Assembly: GCF_006345805.1 (NCBI RefSeq)
Contig: NC_043006.1
Coordinates: forward strand, 86,862,001 to 86,926,000
DNA length: 64,000 nt
Reading direction: 5' to 3'
Origin: Octopus sinensis
Taxonomy: Eukaryota
Shown in pieces: positions 25,192 to 38,595 of this stretch; positions within the stretch are counted from its first letter, which is position 1; each line of letters opens with the position of its first letter. A program made the position numbers and the translations under genes. The notes beneath the pieces were generated by a model. That model saw nothing but the letters and a program-made list of their open reading frames with translations. It made no database searches and was not told where the DNA came from.

Positions 25192-25520
25192 TATCTTTTA
25201 CTTGTTTCAGTCAATGAACTGTGGTCATGCTGAGGCACCACTTTGAAGTTTTTAGTCTAGCAAATCAACACCAGTACTAATTTTTTTAGGCTGGGACTTA
25301 GTCTATTGGTATCTTTTGCTGAACTACCAAGTTACAGGGATACAAATGAACCAATACTAGTTCTCAATTTGTAGTGGGGGAGAGACACAGAAACATACAC
25401 ATATAGTTAGACATACATGCACATGTATATACTATGGGCTTGTTTTAGATTCGGTCTCCCAAATCCACTCATGTGACTTCAGTCAACCCAAAGCTATAGT
25501 AGATGACACTTGCCCAATAT
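25192..25520 (-). mobile_element. Degenerate SINE family A
   Basis: ttttacttgtttcagtc tail and ccaaatccactc head motifs. Confidence 0.6.
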
Positions 25521-26199
25521 ACACAGAAAACCACAAAATTGGAGACTGTAATGGTAAATTATTTAGTTGCATAATCTTATTTATGTTTTGTTATCAATAA
25601 TATCTATAGCACAAGGAAAGGAATCTTATAAACCAATTACAGAATCAAATCTTCAGAGATTGCCTAACAAATGTATATAATTCTTAAGATCTATAATTGG
25701 TATTAGACAGTGTTATAATATCAAATACAACTACTCTGTTAAGAGGGGTCGAAAAACTTACTTAAATATTAAAATGGTAAAGGCAGAGAATTTTTCCCTA
25801 TCATAGTAGAGAAGGAATAAGTCATTTCTTTCCTTATTGTGTCTATAGTAATGCCTGGAGTTAGATTTCAAAGCTGAAAGCCAGTCATTCTCATCCATCC
25901 ATCTGTCCGTCCATCCATGGAAAACAGGCTGTAATAAAAGTGCCACACACTTGGTAAATGCTCTAAACTCTGTGGTTATGAAGTGAACTTCTACACAACT
26001 GGGACACAAACAAACACACTCAAAGAATTTCATGAGTGTCATGCATGAAACTCTCAGCCTTTAAATCAGTTTTGTAGCATTCTGCTGAGATTAAACTATA
26101 CAAACGTGTATGTGTATGTGTGAGAAAGATAAAGGATGGGGAAAAAGAGAGAAAGCAGTAGAGATTTACTAAGTGTTGTATATTAGAATGATAAAGCTT

Positions 26200-27425
26200 T
26201 CTTGCAGCCTATAAATGTACATCAGATTACAAAATGGATGAGTGGACTGGAGTTTTGTTAAGGTCAAAGAGCCTTAAGGTTAATCTAGCAAAAGCAAAAT
26301 AAGTGGGAAACAAGAAAATTAATAGGACTCTCTTCCTATCAAGTAAATGGCCTTACTCAGTGTGTAGGAAAGGCGTAGGTAGAAATTTCCCTACAGTGTA
26401 CCCAATGCAAGCTAAGGACACACAGGGGTGCAATGGAATCATATGAAGGTTAACAAAGAAAGTAGTCATTGCATGTGGAAGATGTGCAGAGGCTATAAAG
26501 ACTAAGGACAAATATGAAATAGACTTTCTCAAATTCCCAAGAGACCTCTAGAGGAAATAGATGGTATCTGTTGCTCAGGTGGCCTAATTTGCAGTGGAGA
26601 AGAATGTTCTGAAATTATAGCTGCTAAAATAAAAATAAAGTAGAGGCAGTTTAGAGAGTTATTACCTCTGTTGGCAACAAAATCTCTCTCTTTCTCTCTC
26701 AGAGTGAAAAGCAGATTGTATGCCGTTTGTGTATAAGAAATAATGTTACATGGTAGAGAAACATGTGTTTTGCATGCAGAGGGCATATGAAGGCTAGAAA
26801 GGTATGGAACTTGTATGCTACATTGGATGTGCAATGTCAGTGTGGTTGTACAGCAAAATGCAAATGTGTCAAGAGAAAAATTAGGCACAAGAGGAATTAA
26901 ATGTAGTGTGCAAGAGAGAAGACACTAGAGATTTGATCATGTTATGTGTATAGATGAGGCCAAAATGCTGATCACTCACAGTGGATGGAACTTATATAAA
27001 AGAGAGACCTGGAAGACATGGGACAAGGTAGTGAGAGAAAATCTCAAGATGACAAGCCCCATAGAGGAAGAGACAAAGGACCAAGACAACTGGTGATTCA
27101 CTGTGCTTGAAAAGACCCATCCATCATGATAACCTCAAGATGTTAACCTTTCTTAGAGAACTCAAAAGGCTAAGAGGATTGGCAATATGCTGTGCTCAAG
27201 AAGACCTGTCCACCATGGTGAAAGTGAGGTCCTGAATGTATTATACTTAAGACTGTAGGCGCTGGGCCCAACACACAATTTATCCATGTCAGTTCTCTCC
27301 TCACACATACACCTCAGCATCCTGACACTGGGGCCTGACACAGTTCTGCAGCCTGTCAGGTCCTGTCAAACTGCCCAACCCATGCCAGCATGGAAAGCAG
27401 AAATGAAATGATGATGATGATGACA
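26200..27425 (+). mobile_element. Degenerate RTE-clade LINE 3' part with (GAT)n tail
   Basis: Colinear with 42590-43885 (KVNLAK, Cys-rich SVCRKGVGRN segment, ELLPLLATK, MLHGRET, WMCNVSV). Ends tgatgatgatgatga. Confidence 0.75.
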
Positions 27426-27599
27426 ATACATATATACTTGTTTCAGTCATGTTGGGGCATCACTTTGAAGAATTTTAGTCAGGTGAATTGATCCCAGTAC
27501 TTTTTTTTAGCTTTTTAAAGCCTGATACTTATTCTATTAGTCTCTTTTGCTGAACCACTACGTAAACACACCTGCACCAGTTTTGCCTTTATGTGTATG

Positions 27600-27652
<53 letters not shown>

Positions 27653-27716
27653 ATGTTTTGCATAATGAGATATAAAACCAAGTCTGTGTAGATATTAGAA
27701 CATTTATACTTAGAAG

Positions 27717-27768
27717 GTCTTACAGCTGTTTCCAGGATATTTATTAATTATATCTCTTCATCCAAGAC
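27717..27768 (-). ncRNA. Decayed minimal hammerhead-like motif (Penelope type)
   Basis: Minus strand reads GUCU-UGGAUGA-A-GAGAUAU(AAUUAAUAA)AUAUCCUG-GAAA-CAGCUG-UA-AGAC. Stem I is GUCU/AGAC and stem III is the palindrome ACAGCUGU, but two core positions deviate and stem II is imperfect. Confidence 0.45.
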
Positions 27769-29115
27769 GGTTTGAGAGGATGGTTAAGTAATAGTTAATT
27801 TAGATAGGATACAAAATAGAGAGTGAGGTTGAGGAAAGAAAATAGATGCGAGTTATGTAGGGATATTGAATTTGCAGACCCATTTTTTTAGGTAGAATGG
27901 TATGTACGTAAGATTCCAATACCTTATGAGAAAAATCCAACATTATTGAAAATTGCTCATTCCAAGAATAGAGTTTATACACAATGTAAGATTCCAATAC
28001 CTTATGAATATATATATATACTATTTAATCTGACTGTTCTCACAGTAGTTCCTGCAATGGCCCTAACAACAATCTGTATTGGGCTTAGTCTTCCACATTG
28101 CATTCATCAGTGACATGGAGAGAAAAGACTTCATACATGGGCATCTGTTTGTCTTTCACTGAAAAAGCCTTTCTCAGGCCTATGCCTTGGAGGGGTAATT
28201 CCTAGGTGCAAAAACCTATGAACTGTGTGGTGAGGAGCATAGAAAGAGAGAAGTACGCAAGAGAAACAGAAAGAAGGTAGGAAATTGGTAGAGTCAGTAG
28301 AGCATCAGATGAAAGGCCTTGTGGTATTTTTCTGATGCTCTGTGCTGCTCTGATTTTAAATCCCGCTGCAGTTAACTTTGCCTTTATTACTTACTAATGG
28401 ATAAATTTTACAAACAAAATAAAATAAAATAAAACTTAGCCATGGAAACTAATGAAAGTAATAGTCCTTATTTTGAATGAAAAAAAAAATAAAATTCAAA
28501 TCATATAAAACTATTTCATTATTGGAGCAGCACAGAAGATGGAGAAATTAATTAGGAATGAAACAAAGGAGAAAAGAAAATATGAAAATTCTAAGAGAAC
28601 AACTAAATTTTATGCTGAAAATATATTTTGTAGCATATGCAGAGAGAAAAAGTCACTACATTTATCAATTAAAACTAAAGAATCAACGTTGGAAGAATAT
28701 GAACAACTTTTATTTATATGAAAAAAAAAAAAATCCTTATTAAAATTAACTTAATAACTGTAAAATAATTAACATCAAATAAATAACTTATACAGTAGCT
28801 AATTTAATTTCAGTAAGAATAATAAATTAATTGAAACTCTTTAAATTAAAATAAATTCATTACTGGACTACATAAGGTGTTCATAATGAAGTGTTTATAA
28901 GATGAAACCTGGTGGCTTTAAAAAGAAACACAGGCTAAAAGCGAGTGAAAAGATTATGAATGTAAAAATGAATTAATATTATGGCTATCTGAAATAAATC
29001 ATAGATTTATCATTTAATTTAATATATAATATTAAGTGTGTGAGTATACATGCATACAGCTAGATAGATAGACTTATATTATAATAATAATAACGATAAT
29101 GAAATTATTGGATAC

Positions 29116-29525
29116 AGGCGCAGGAGTGGCTGTGTGGTAAGTAGCTTGTTTACCAACCACATAGTTCTGGGTTCAGTCCCACTGCATGGCACCTTGGACA
29201 AGTGTCTTCTACTATTGCCTTGGGCTGACCAAAGCCTTGTGAGTGGATTTGGTAGACGGAAACTGAAAGAAGCCCGTCGTATATATGTATACATATATAT
29301 GCATGTGTGTGTTTGTGTGTCTGTGTTTGTCCCCCTAGCATTGCTTGACAGCCGATGCTGGTGTGTTTATGTCCCCGTTACTTAGTGGTTCAGCAAAAGA
29401 GACTGATAGAATAAGTACTAGGTTTACAAAGAATAAGTCCTGGGGTTGATTTGGTCGACTAAAGGTGGTGCTCCAGCATGGCCACAGTCAAATGACTGAA
29501 ACAAGTAAAAGAGTAAAAGAGTAAA
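29116..29525 (+). mobile_element. SINE family A, full length
   Basis: Head ggcgcaggagtggctgtgtggtaag with B-box-like ggttcagtccc, an internal (TA)n, and tail gactgaaacaagtaaaagagtaaaagagt. Confidence 0.92.
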
Positions 29526-29529
29526 GAGA

Positions 29530-29880
29530 GAGAGTGCTCAGGTGCACCACAACTTGTCAAAAGTGCATATAGAGAATATGCAGTAATGTACAAATATCTG
29601 GAAAGTGAACAATGTATGAGTCAGATACATGCTTGTGTGTGTATGGAGGGGAGAAAATCAGGTGTAGTGCTGGCGAATCTCAGAAAGCATGGAAGTTTTG
29701 AAGGATGCAGTGCTCCGACAACTAACAACTGACACCGGCAGTTTGTTCCATGCTTCAGCAACTCTTAGCGTGAAAAAATGTTTCCGAAAGTCATGGGAGC
29801 TGTGCTGTTTTCTGACTTTGTAAACATGTCCACGGATGTTAGACAGGTGGAGTTTGAAAAGGTGCTCAGGGTGATTGTTT
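29530..29880 (-). mobile_element. CR1/L2-type LINE 3' end
   Basis: Track ORF 29658-29939 contains IRGHVYKVRKQHSSHDFRKHFFTLRVAEAWNKLPVSVV...FK, matching the typical CR1 C-terminus (TRGH..KL....R..FF..RVV..WN.LP). Confidence 0.8.
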
Positions 29881-30429
29881 ATATCATCACCATCATTATC
29901 CTTTAATGTCCATTCTCCATGCTGGCATGGGGTGGACAATTCAGGAGGAGCTGGTAAGTCAGAGATACACCAAGCACCATTTGTCTGTTTTGATATGGTT
30001 TCTACATCTGTACAAAGTGAACTGAGTGCTTTTTATATGGCATCAGCACTGGTGTTTTTTACCCAAGCGCTTTTAACATGGAACCAACACACATGCTTTT
30101 TACATAGCACCAGCATCTATTACTTGGTTGCTGAATATGTGGAAATTTTTTTCCAAAATTAGATGGTTTAACATATAGCTATTATTTATTTAGTGCTTTT
30201 GTATGTAATTATATTTACATATGTATTTTTATTGTAATGCATATACTTATCTGAAGTTGAATATTTCCAGGTTTGCATGTTAAGCTCTTGACACTATATT
30301 TGCTGATAATTTTAATTTCCTGACCCAAGAAAATACTAAGCATATATTTTGCTCCATGTATTTACATTTAATTCTGCATTGATATGCAACACATAAAACA
30401 AAAGCAATTTTAACAGGAATGTAAATTAT

Positions 30430-32100
30430 TCAGCAAGATCTCCAAGGGAGACAACCCTTCTTGTTCTACAGTTTAGTTTTCTCATGGAAAGATGTCTGCT
30501 AGACCCAATACACATGCAATGCAACATAGAGCTGGTCATAAAAAAAACATGAACTTACCAGTTCAGTTCCAGTAACACTGTTACTATCACTGAAACTTGC
30601 TGAAAAATTCAGTTTCATTGGAAACTGAAGGTGCTTAAACTGAAATAGCATATTTGATGGGATAAAGAGAATGTGTTAAATAAAAACAACTTCCTTCACA
30701 CAAATAGTTATAATGGTGGTTTTTGTGAGATAAGAATTTTGACAATTACTTTGTACCATTACAGAGTTTCGGTACATCCATATTTTGCTGCTACATATCG
30801 GTTCCTCCAACATTCAAGTTGCAGATTGAGTGGTAAGGATACCATTGAGCTGAAGAGAATAGAGAAACTCTGATGGATAGTTAATAGCATTGACAACTAC
30901 AGATTTTAACCCCCTACACCATATGGATTGGACTGGTACTTGTTGAATGATGGTAACACTAATATCCTGTACAGTGGGATTTTGGGGAGCTTGGATGAGC
31001 TATTTAGAAAGCCACTCATTGTATCTATAATTCTGTGAGAGGCCAGAAAAATTTTCAATACCATTTCTTGAAACATATTGATGATTATATTTCACAACGT
31101 TTGGTCAATGTCACTTTGTGACTGCTCTGAATTGAAACAAAACTTTTATAAACAGAAATACTGTGGCATCTCTTTAGTGCAGCTCTCATGAGTAGAGAAA
31201 ATGTAAATTTCTTTGTAGCTTGCTCTCAACTCATCAGTGAGTGTACATATCCTTGGTATGATTGGCAGAGTTTGTCAGAAATAACCAGAGAGCAAGACTG
31301 TAACTCCACCCTTGATGTTGGTGTTGAGATATTGTAAAGTGAGAATAAGAGATTCTAATGTGTGCTCATCTCACACACTCAGCTTGGTCTACTTCTGGAT
31401 ATCTGCATATCCAAATCCTTTGCCAATATTACAAGTTGCAAGGTTGAGTGGTAGCTTAAAATTAGAATGAGCGGTCCTGTTACCTGTGTACAAATTTGCA
31501 GCAATTCTAGCTAAGTCCACTGCAAAAGCCAACTATTTGAGTGAACAAACTTTCTAGCAAGATTAGGTTGATTAAAAAAGTGTTTTTCTGTTACACCAAA
31601 AGTATCATGTAAAACTTTTCTTCTTGCAGAGGTTGTTGCCAATTGTTTGATTCTTGTTAAAATATATATATATTTTTTTTATCTGGAATCAAGATTGATT
31701 CACTTTGGTAGACATTCTATTCTAGTCGAATGTTAAGGTTCTGGGTTGCCTGAAAAATTTTTGCTTAAGAGTTGCAGGTGCACCTTGCTTTGAAATTAGA
31801 AGTCAGCACTGAACAGCATCCTTGTCAGTCAGGGAGTGCACACTATTTTCAATGAGGAATAGTTCTTGTATATGTGCTTTTTGACACTTGATTAGCTTGA
31901 TACATTTTCTTCTGCCATGCTTTTCTGATGAATATGCCATAGTTGCTGAGGACTGGATGGTGAACAGGCATAGAAATGATAGTAAAGAGGCTCTTTGTTA
32001 TGCTTGGGAATGTGATACTACAGTGCTTTCTAAGTTAACTGTTCCAGCTGTGTCATCTTCTAAGAAACAACTTGAGTGACAACCTTTATTTTGTGCATGT
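30430..32100 (-). mobile_element. Decayed Helitron RepHel, Pif1-type helicase region
   Basis: Ordered minus-strand remnants: LEDD, TFLINLIL (after Walker A), RTAHSNFKLPLNL..CNIGKG, GGVTVLLSG, NYPSEFLYS, PKLCNGT and FQFKHLQFPMKL..DQLYVA. There are many stops and frameshifts. Confidence 0.88.
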
Positions 32101-32368
32101 AAATACATAACAAGTGACTATTTTGATGTCCTAAAGTAAAGATAAACCATAGGTATTATGAAGGAGCGATCTGATAGAAGCTTCTACACAATATTTTAAT
32201 AAGTTTCAAAATTCGAAAAGGTTAGTAAAATTCTTCATGAAAAAACCCATACTTTCAAAAGTTAATACAGAGTTTCAAATTCCACAGTGGATAGAAAATA
32301 AGATATTCTTTCATTTAGATTTTGGATTTGGTTTGCAAGATTCTTTATATGAGTTCGTGTGTTGAAGC

Positions 32369-32611
32369 ATATTCTGTTGTGTCTAGGGAGTGTCATTTTC
32401 TTTTTGTGCCTTATAATGTAACACACTCACCGGTAAAATTTCCACTTATTTCTTATTTATATTGTCCAAAAATTTTCGTTGCATCTTGCAACCTTTTCAA
32501 TAGTGAAGACTAATGAAAAGGTTGCAAGACGCAACGAAAATTTTTACCGGTGAGTGTGTTATATTATAAGGCATAAAAAGAAAATGACTCTCCCCAGACA
32601 CAACAGAGTAT
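32369..32611. repeat. ~240-bp foldback palindrome / MITE-like element
   Basis: Outer arms of about 70 bp and inner arms of about 30 bp (aaattttcgttgcatcttgcaaccttttca / tgaaaaggttgcaagacgcaacgaaaattt), a 14-nt loop, and an unpaired segment of about 30 nt on the left arm. Confidence 0.9.
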
Positions 32612-32856
32612 TCTTTCATTGTTTCTAATTTAAATTTGTATGTAATGTTAATAATGAATTATTTGTACTCTCCCAATATCTATAAATAACTTTAATGATA
32701 TTTGAAATTATGTACTAATTTTTGAAGATATAACTTTTAAATGTGAAATTTTAATAATCACAACATGCCACATACATACCATCAACACACACATAGCTAC
32801 ACACACATGAGAAATGAAAATATACAATATGTCAAGTAGAAGTTATAGACTTTTTC

Positions 32857-32960
32857 ACTTTTGAAGTTGAAATTTCCCAGTAAGCCCCGTGTTTCCACTT
32901 GACTGACGAGTGAAAATACACAACTCAGTTAACTCACTAGGAAATTTCACCTTCAAAAGT
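32857..32960. repeat. 104-bp mini inverted-repeat element
   Basis: acttttgaagttgaaatttcccagt versus rc acttttgaaggtgaaatttcctagt, matching at 23/25. Confidence 0.7.
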
Positions 32961-32976
32961 AATTAATACATGAAAG

Positions 32977-33018
<42 letters not shown>

Positions 33019-33169
33019 TTAATTGATTGAAAATATAACTTTATACTGTTTCCACATATTGAATTTTTCATATTTTAAAAAGTAATTCTAATATTTCCAT
33101 ATTAAGATTTTTGTCATTTTACAACTTATAAATATTCTAACCTTGCCCAATAATTATTACTTTTCCTCA

Positions 33170-34280
33170 GACGACCTTATGGACAGCTTCTCGAAAGCTT
33201 TACAGGACTTTGAACCTGGCCATCAGCCTGGAGAATTCAATGTATTGGGCCAAGCCATTGAACATCTCTGTCCCTGTTATTATGATCAACAACTGAGCTG
33301 AAGTTTGTGCATGAGTTCTCCTACCTTGGCACAAACATCATGGTCAGTCTCTTCTTAAATTTATCTTCATCATCATGATTTAACGTCCGTTGGATGGTCT
33401 GCCCAGGAAAGGTATGCTGGAAGACTGCACCAGACTCCAGTCTGATTTGGCATGGTTTTCTATGGCTGGATGTTCTTCCTAACACCAACCACTCTGAGAG
33501 TGTAATGGTTGCTTTTACGTGCATCTGGTATGGGTGCCATTTGTGTGACACGAGTATCAGCCATGACTGTGATTTTGCTCAGCTTGATGGGTCTCCTTCT
33601 CAAGCACAACATAATGCCAAAGGTCTTGATCAATGCCTCCATGAGGCCCAACACTCATAAGGAACTTAGCCACTTGACAAATCAGAAGAGAAACTTGCAA
33701 GAATGACCTGAAGTCTGTGAGAATAGTAAGTTGATGATAAACATTAAGTTTCCAGTCAACAGAACCTTCATCTTCAACAACACTGGTTTTTTAAAGCAGT
33801 TTTAAAACCTGAAATTAATTTTAGATATCAAGTGAACTGATTCATCAATTATAAGCTCCTGGTCTTTTCTAATCTACTCAGTCTTTTTATCTTCACAGCG
33901 AGCTACTTACACTATGCTTCAGATAGGAGTATCCACCAAATCCCTATTGTAAGGGGATCCAGCTTCCAGCAAGAGAGTACAAAGGTAATTTCCATGTTTG
34001 TTTCAAAGTTGCCTGCAAGAGGCATACAGTTACACTGGGAAGTAGGAGAACATTTCAATTGAAATCAATCTTACAGGAGACTGGAACTTAGTGATGGTTT
34101 AACAAAAGAGGGAAGCTGTGGTATGCCGCTAAAGAAAAGTTCGCTCTCAAAAGAAAAAAATGAAAACACCTCAAGGAAAATACTGATCATCATATCATTC
34201 GAATGTAACCACTACAACCATGACTGTCACTCTCATATGTGTCTCTAGAATCACAAAAGATGCTGTACTGCCAATACTGA
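33170..34280 (+). mobile_element. Degenerate RTE/BovB-like LINE, interrupted at 33365-33660 by an inverted RTE tail
   Basis: MDSFSKALQDF..NVLGQAIEH (compare MDRFSKACQDFGL..TNVLGQ), ENSKLMI, a KSLL.G.ASSKR segment and a C-terminal C..C/H remnant FECNHYNHDCHSH. Confidence 0.7.
33365..33660 (-). mobile_element. RTE-LINE 3' tail fragment
   Basis: catcatcatgatttaacgtccg...gctggatgttcttcctaacaccaaccactc is the reverse complement of the 43700-43885 tail. Confidence 0.8.
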
Positions 34281-35080
34281 TTGAAGCAAGTCTTTAAGGG
34301 AGAAGAACCATTGGTTTATTAGACAAACAAATGTTATAGTATGAGCAACAGTAGTTGATTGACTGAATAAGACAGAGCAAGGAATAAAATTCCTTGTGGT
34401 GCTTAATTACGTCACCTCTATATTCTAGAACATAATTTCTACAATAGAATACAATATGAGACACAATGAATCAGAGTATCAGTGGCTACATTACATCAAA
34501 CTAACAGACTTTGATATCTAATTATATATATTATTATTACAATATGATAATAAATGGAACATAATACAATCTTGTATGTATTTTTTTTAATGGCTGTAAT
34601 GATTTTACTCTGTGTCATTGTTTTAGTCCAAACACATAAACTCAGCTGAAATCACTTGCTAATTAAAGGTGACTCATGTATAATAAGTGCTAAAACACAA
34701 AAACCTATTTAATAAAAATATACTTCAAACAGATTCCGTGTTCTTCTACAAGCAAAGATTAGGACAAAGCTATAAATTTGTAGGTGAGGGGTACAGTTTA
34801 TTGAACTGACTGCATTACATACATGGTATTTAACTGATCAAACCTGAGCTAAGTCTCTCTTAGATTACAACTTATCCTTTTAGAAGGTGAGAGCTACATT
34901 GGATGATGTAATCATGGGAAAAACTATATAAAGCCCATGTAGTTCAATGTTAACCACTCATGTGCACATATTTACATATGTGCACATGTGGACAAGATTT
35001 ATTGAGAAAGTCTGGCAGTAGTTCTTGTATACAACTTTCCTCTTTCCATGCCACTGATGCATATCCAAGAGGAGGACTTT

Positions 35081-35321
35081 TTACTCTTTATTCTTTTACT
35101 TGTTTCAGTCATTTGACTGTGGCCATGCTGGAGCACCGCCTTTAGTCAAGCAAATCGACCCCGGGACTTATTCTTTGTAAGCCCAGTACTTATTCTATCG
35201 GTCTCTTTTGCCAAACCGCTAAGTGACGGGGGACGTAAACACACCAGCATCGGTTGTCAAGCAATGCTAAGGGGACAGACACACAAACACATACACACAC
35301 ATGCATATATATATATGTATA

Positions 35322-35385
<64 letters not shown>

Positions 35386-35551
35386 TATACAACAGGCTTC
35401 TTTCAGTTTCCGTCTACCAAATCCACTCACAAGGCATTGGTCAGCCCAGGGCTATAGCAGAAGACACTTGCCCAAGGTGCCATGCAGTGGGACTGAACCC
35501 GGAACCATGTGGTTGGTTAGCAAGCTACTTACCACACAGCCACTCCTGCGC
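35081..35551 (-). mobile_element. SINE family A, full length, young-looking
   Basis: Clean reverse complement of the 29116 and 40788 copies, with a long internal (TA)n. Confidence 0.92.
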
Positions 35552-37049
35552 TACTCCCTTGAACTGGTACTTTTTCATTGATATTTTTAATCATCTTTTA
35601 TAATCCTTGAAAGGATTATAGACAAAGTTGACCTCAGTGGGACCTGAGTGCAGAAAGCACTCTGATAACACTTTAATAACTACCAGTTCACCATCATTAG
35701 AAATGCTATATCAGTAATGTGACGGTCATAAAAATATGGCAGTCATGACTGGAAAACATTTGATCATAGAACCAATTTTATTTTACCCTACAGTTTTTGA
35801 ATAATGGCATCGTTAGTTACTATAAGCCATGAGTCAATCATTGATTCACTGCATTTCTGATGGTGAGAGGAAGTGTCACCATTTCATTGCCTTGTTTCTG
35901 TTTCTCATAAATGTTTATACTTTTGGACAAAATATGTATTCCTCTGCGAAAGACACATAACAGGGCTTCACACAATTTTGATCAACCTGATTCCACTTGC
36001 ATGGTATTGGTCAATCCTAAGTTATTGTAGAAGATACTAGCCCACAGTGAAATGCAATGGGATTGAACCCAGAACCATGTGATTATAAACAGGACTTGTT
36101 AACCACACTGGCCAGTCTATCTGTTCATGACTGATCTGGGGAAAACAACATCAAGAAATCTGAATGTATTGTGATTTAAGCAAGTTCTGAACAGAGAGCA
36201 TTGAGAGATTAGGCCCAACCTTATAAGGATCTTGTAATTATTGACACTCTACATCACCCCAACACTTGTCTATATAAGATTTTCTAAGACTTTTCTCACA
36301 GACTAAATTTTGAAGGATGGTGTGGCCTGTTTGATCAAATGCAACAATACTTAACTAATATTTATTCAATTAGCCATGAAGGATGAAAGATAAAATTAAC
36401 CTTAATGAAAACTGAACTCACACTGTAAAGAGATACAATAGAATACCACTAGGAATTTTGTCTGATGCACTACTAATTTGTGCACAAACCAGTAAAGTTA
36501 ATGAATTTATTTTCCCTTTTTCTACAACATTTAATTAGATTGTGAAAAATATCTTAAAATCAAACACTCTCTAAGTATTATTATTCATTTTGTTTTAAAT
36601 TTATTTCTCCATATATTAAATTTTATGGTCTGTCAATGGTCTTTTGATATACTTTACAAATTAAACTAATTTATAGTGATAAATTCATAGTGAATACAGG
36701 AATATATCAAGCTATTTTTAATTATATTTTACTTCTTTATTATGTTAAATATAAAATATTGTTCACTTTAATTAGTTATAAAATTGCAGCTGACTGAAAC
36801 ATTAACGACAACCAACCAAATGGTTAATGGCATCAATTTTATAAGTCTGTCACTGATTCTGTATTTCTAATCTGAGAACATCCAAGCATCTCAAAGGTGT
36901 CCCAGTCCAGTTAGCAAGTTAGTTCATTCCCACCAGCCATAAATAGTTAGCAAATTATTACTGTTAGAAGAGGAAGCACCCCTAATTATTTCTTTCATTT
37001 ACACAAAGACACCAGTTTGAAAAAGGACATTAAAGATATAAAGATAGGA

Positions 37050-38420
37050 AAAAGCAGCAGGACCATTATGAGTAAAAGCTGGAAAACTGAAAATATTTGG
37101 GAGAGTAGGCAGAGACTAATCACTCTCATAGTCAATCAGGAAATAAAAGAAGGTATTAATACCCAATGATTTTCATAGCAGTAACATTATTAACTGGTAC
37201 AAGAGCAACTACAGATGCATCAAACTGACTGACAAAAGTTCTGAAAGTTACAGAAAGAATTACAGAACAGCTAATTAGGAAGATAAGTGTAGCTCCAGTT
37301 TGTGCCAGGATGGAGTACTTCTGATGCCCTCTTTATAGTGAGACAATTACAGAAGATTTTAACTAACATCAAAATGTCTGGTAGGGTTCCATGAAATGGA
37401 GTCTGTTAGCCATGAAGAAAACTGAATACAAATGGCTTGTGAGAACCTTCAAAAGGTGATAATGAATTTGTCAGTAAGAACTTTAATATGTTGTAGGTAT
37501 TTCTCAGGATTTGGTTCTTGACTACTGCCACCAATTTATGATTAACCTTTTGGCCAAGCAGAAAATTTCAAAACTCACTGCCTAAGGGAACTGTAAACCT
37601 AATTTTTATAGTATTGCTTTAAAATGTAAAGGAAAAGTTTGAAACATGGAAGCAGAGTTAAAATCTAAAAGGCTAAAAATATTCTAGCAAGGACATAAGT
37701 CATAGCTTAAAAGAAAAAATATAGAAGCCTACTGCCACTTATCGTGGCACTAGGTTTGATATTCCATAAAGTCCTAAGTAAATATTCCATACTGTGTAAT
37801 CAATATACACTCAAGGTACAGAAGAGGTACAATAGAGTCACAGGCAGATTGACAGAGAATGTAGTTTTATATATATAGCAGCTATGCAACAGTTGTTAGT
37901 TCTAAAGGAATTCATGAAATGAATTGTTTTAATTTCATGGTAGAGTTCACAGGAGAAGGTAACACTTTTTATTTGTATTAGTAAAGGTGTGTGTTCTGAA
38001 AGCATAGAGGTTACAGTAAGGGTTGGGTGAAAACAGTTAAGGAACTATTACATTTACTAAGAAACAAGGAATATTTGATGCTTTTGCAGAAAGTACAATG
38101 TTGCATGGCAGCTAAACATGAACATTGAATGTGGAAGAAATGCAGTGCATATGCAAAGGCTGGAAATAAATGAGGTGCACATTATCCCCTGGTGTGTAAT
38201 GTTTGTGTATGTAAAGAGTAATAACAAGTAAAGATTAGCTGAGAAGAACTGGATATGTTGGAGAGAAGACTGAATTGGTATGGACATAAAATTCACATAG
38301 TGAATGACAGTTGGGTAAAGAAGTGACAAATGATCCAATTGAAAGTAACCCTCAGAAGAGTAAGCTAAAGAAATGGTGAAGACTGATATCAGGTTGCTAA
38401 CTGGATATCGTTACTTCAAA
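37050..38420 (+). mobile_element. Highly degenerate RTE-clade LINE
   Basis: LQFVPGWSTSDALFIVRQLQK (RT motif GF.PG.STTDA.F..RQLQEK), followed by R.GW.K...ELL and MLHGS remnants. Confidence 0.6.
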
Positions 38421-38558
38421 AGTTTATTGTATTTAAATATGTTGATATTCTACTAAGTCAGAACTTTTCTGTCAATTGATGTATATATATATATTCAATT
38501 ATTTTTCTTTTATTCATTAATGATTATGTACATGCATAACTGCAGAGAGAGAGAGAGA

Positions 38559-38595
<37 letters not shown>

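Noticed and set aside
27908-28007. 22-bp direct repeat pair with a 56-bp spacer
   Set aside because: There are only two units in a eukaryotic context with no cas genes. It is a local duplication, not CRISPR.
32903-32945. CTGACGAGTGA...TCACTAGGAAA as a hammerhead
   Set aside because: There are three extra bases before GAAA and no stem I/III. It is better explained by the mini inverted repeat.
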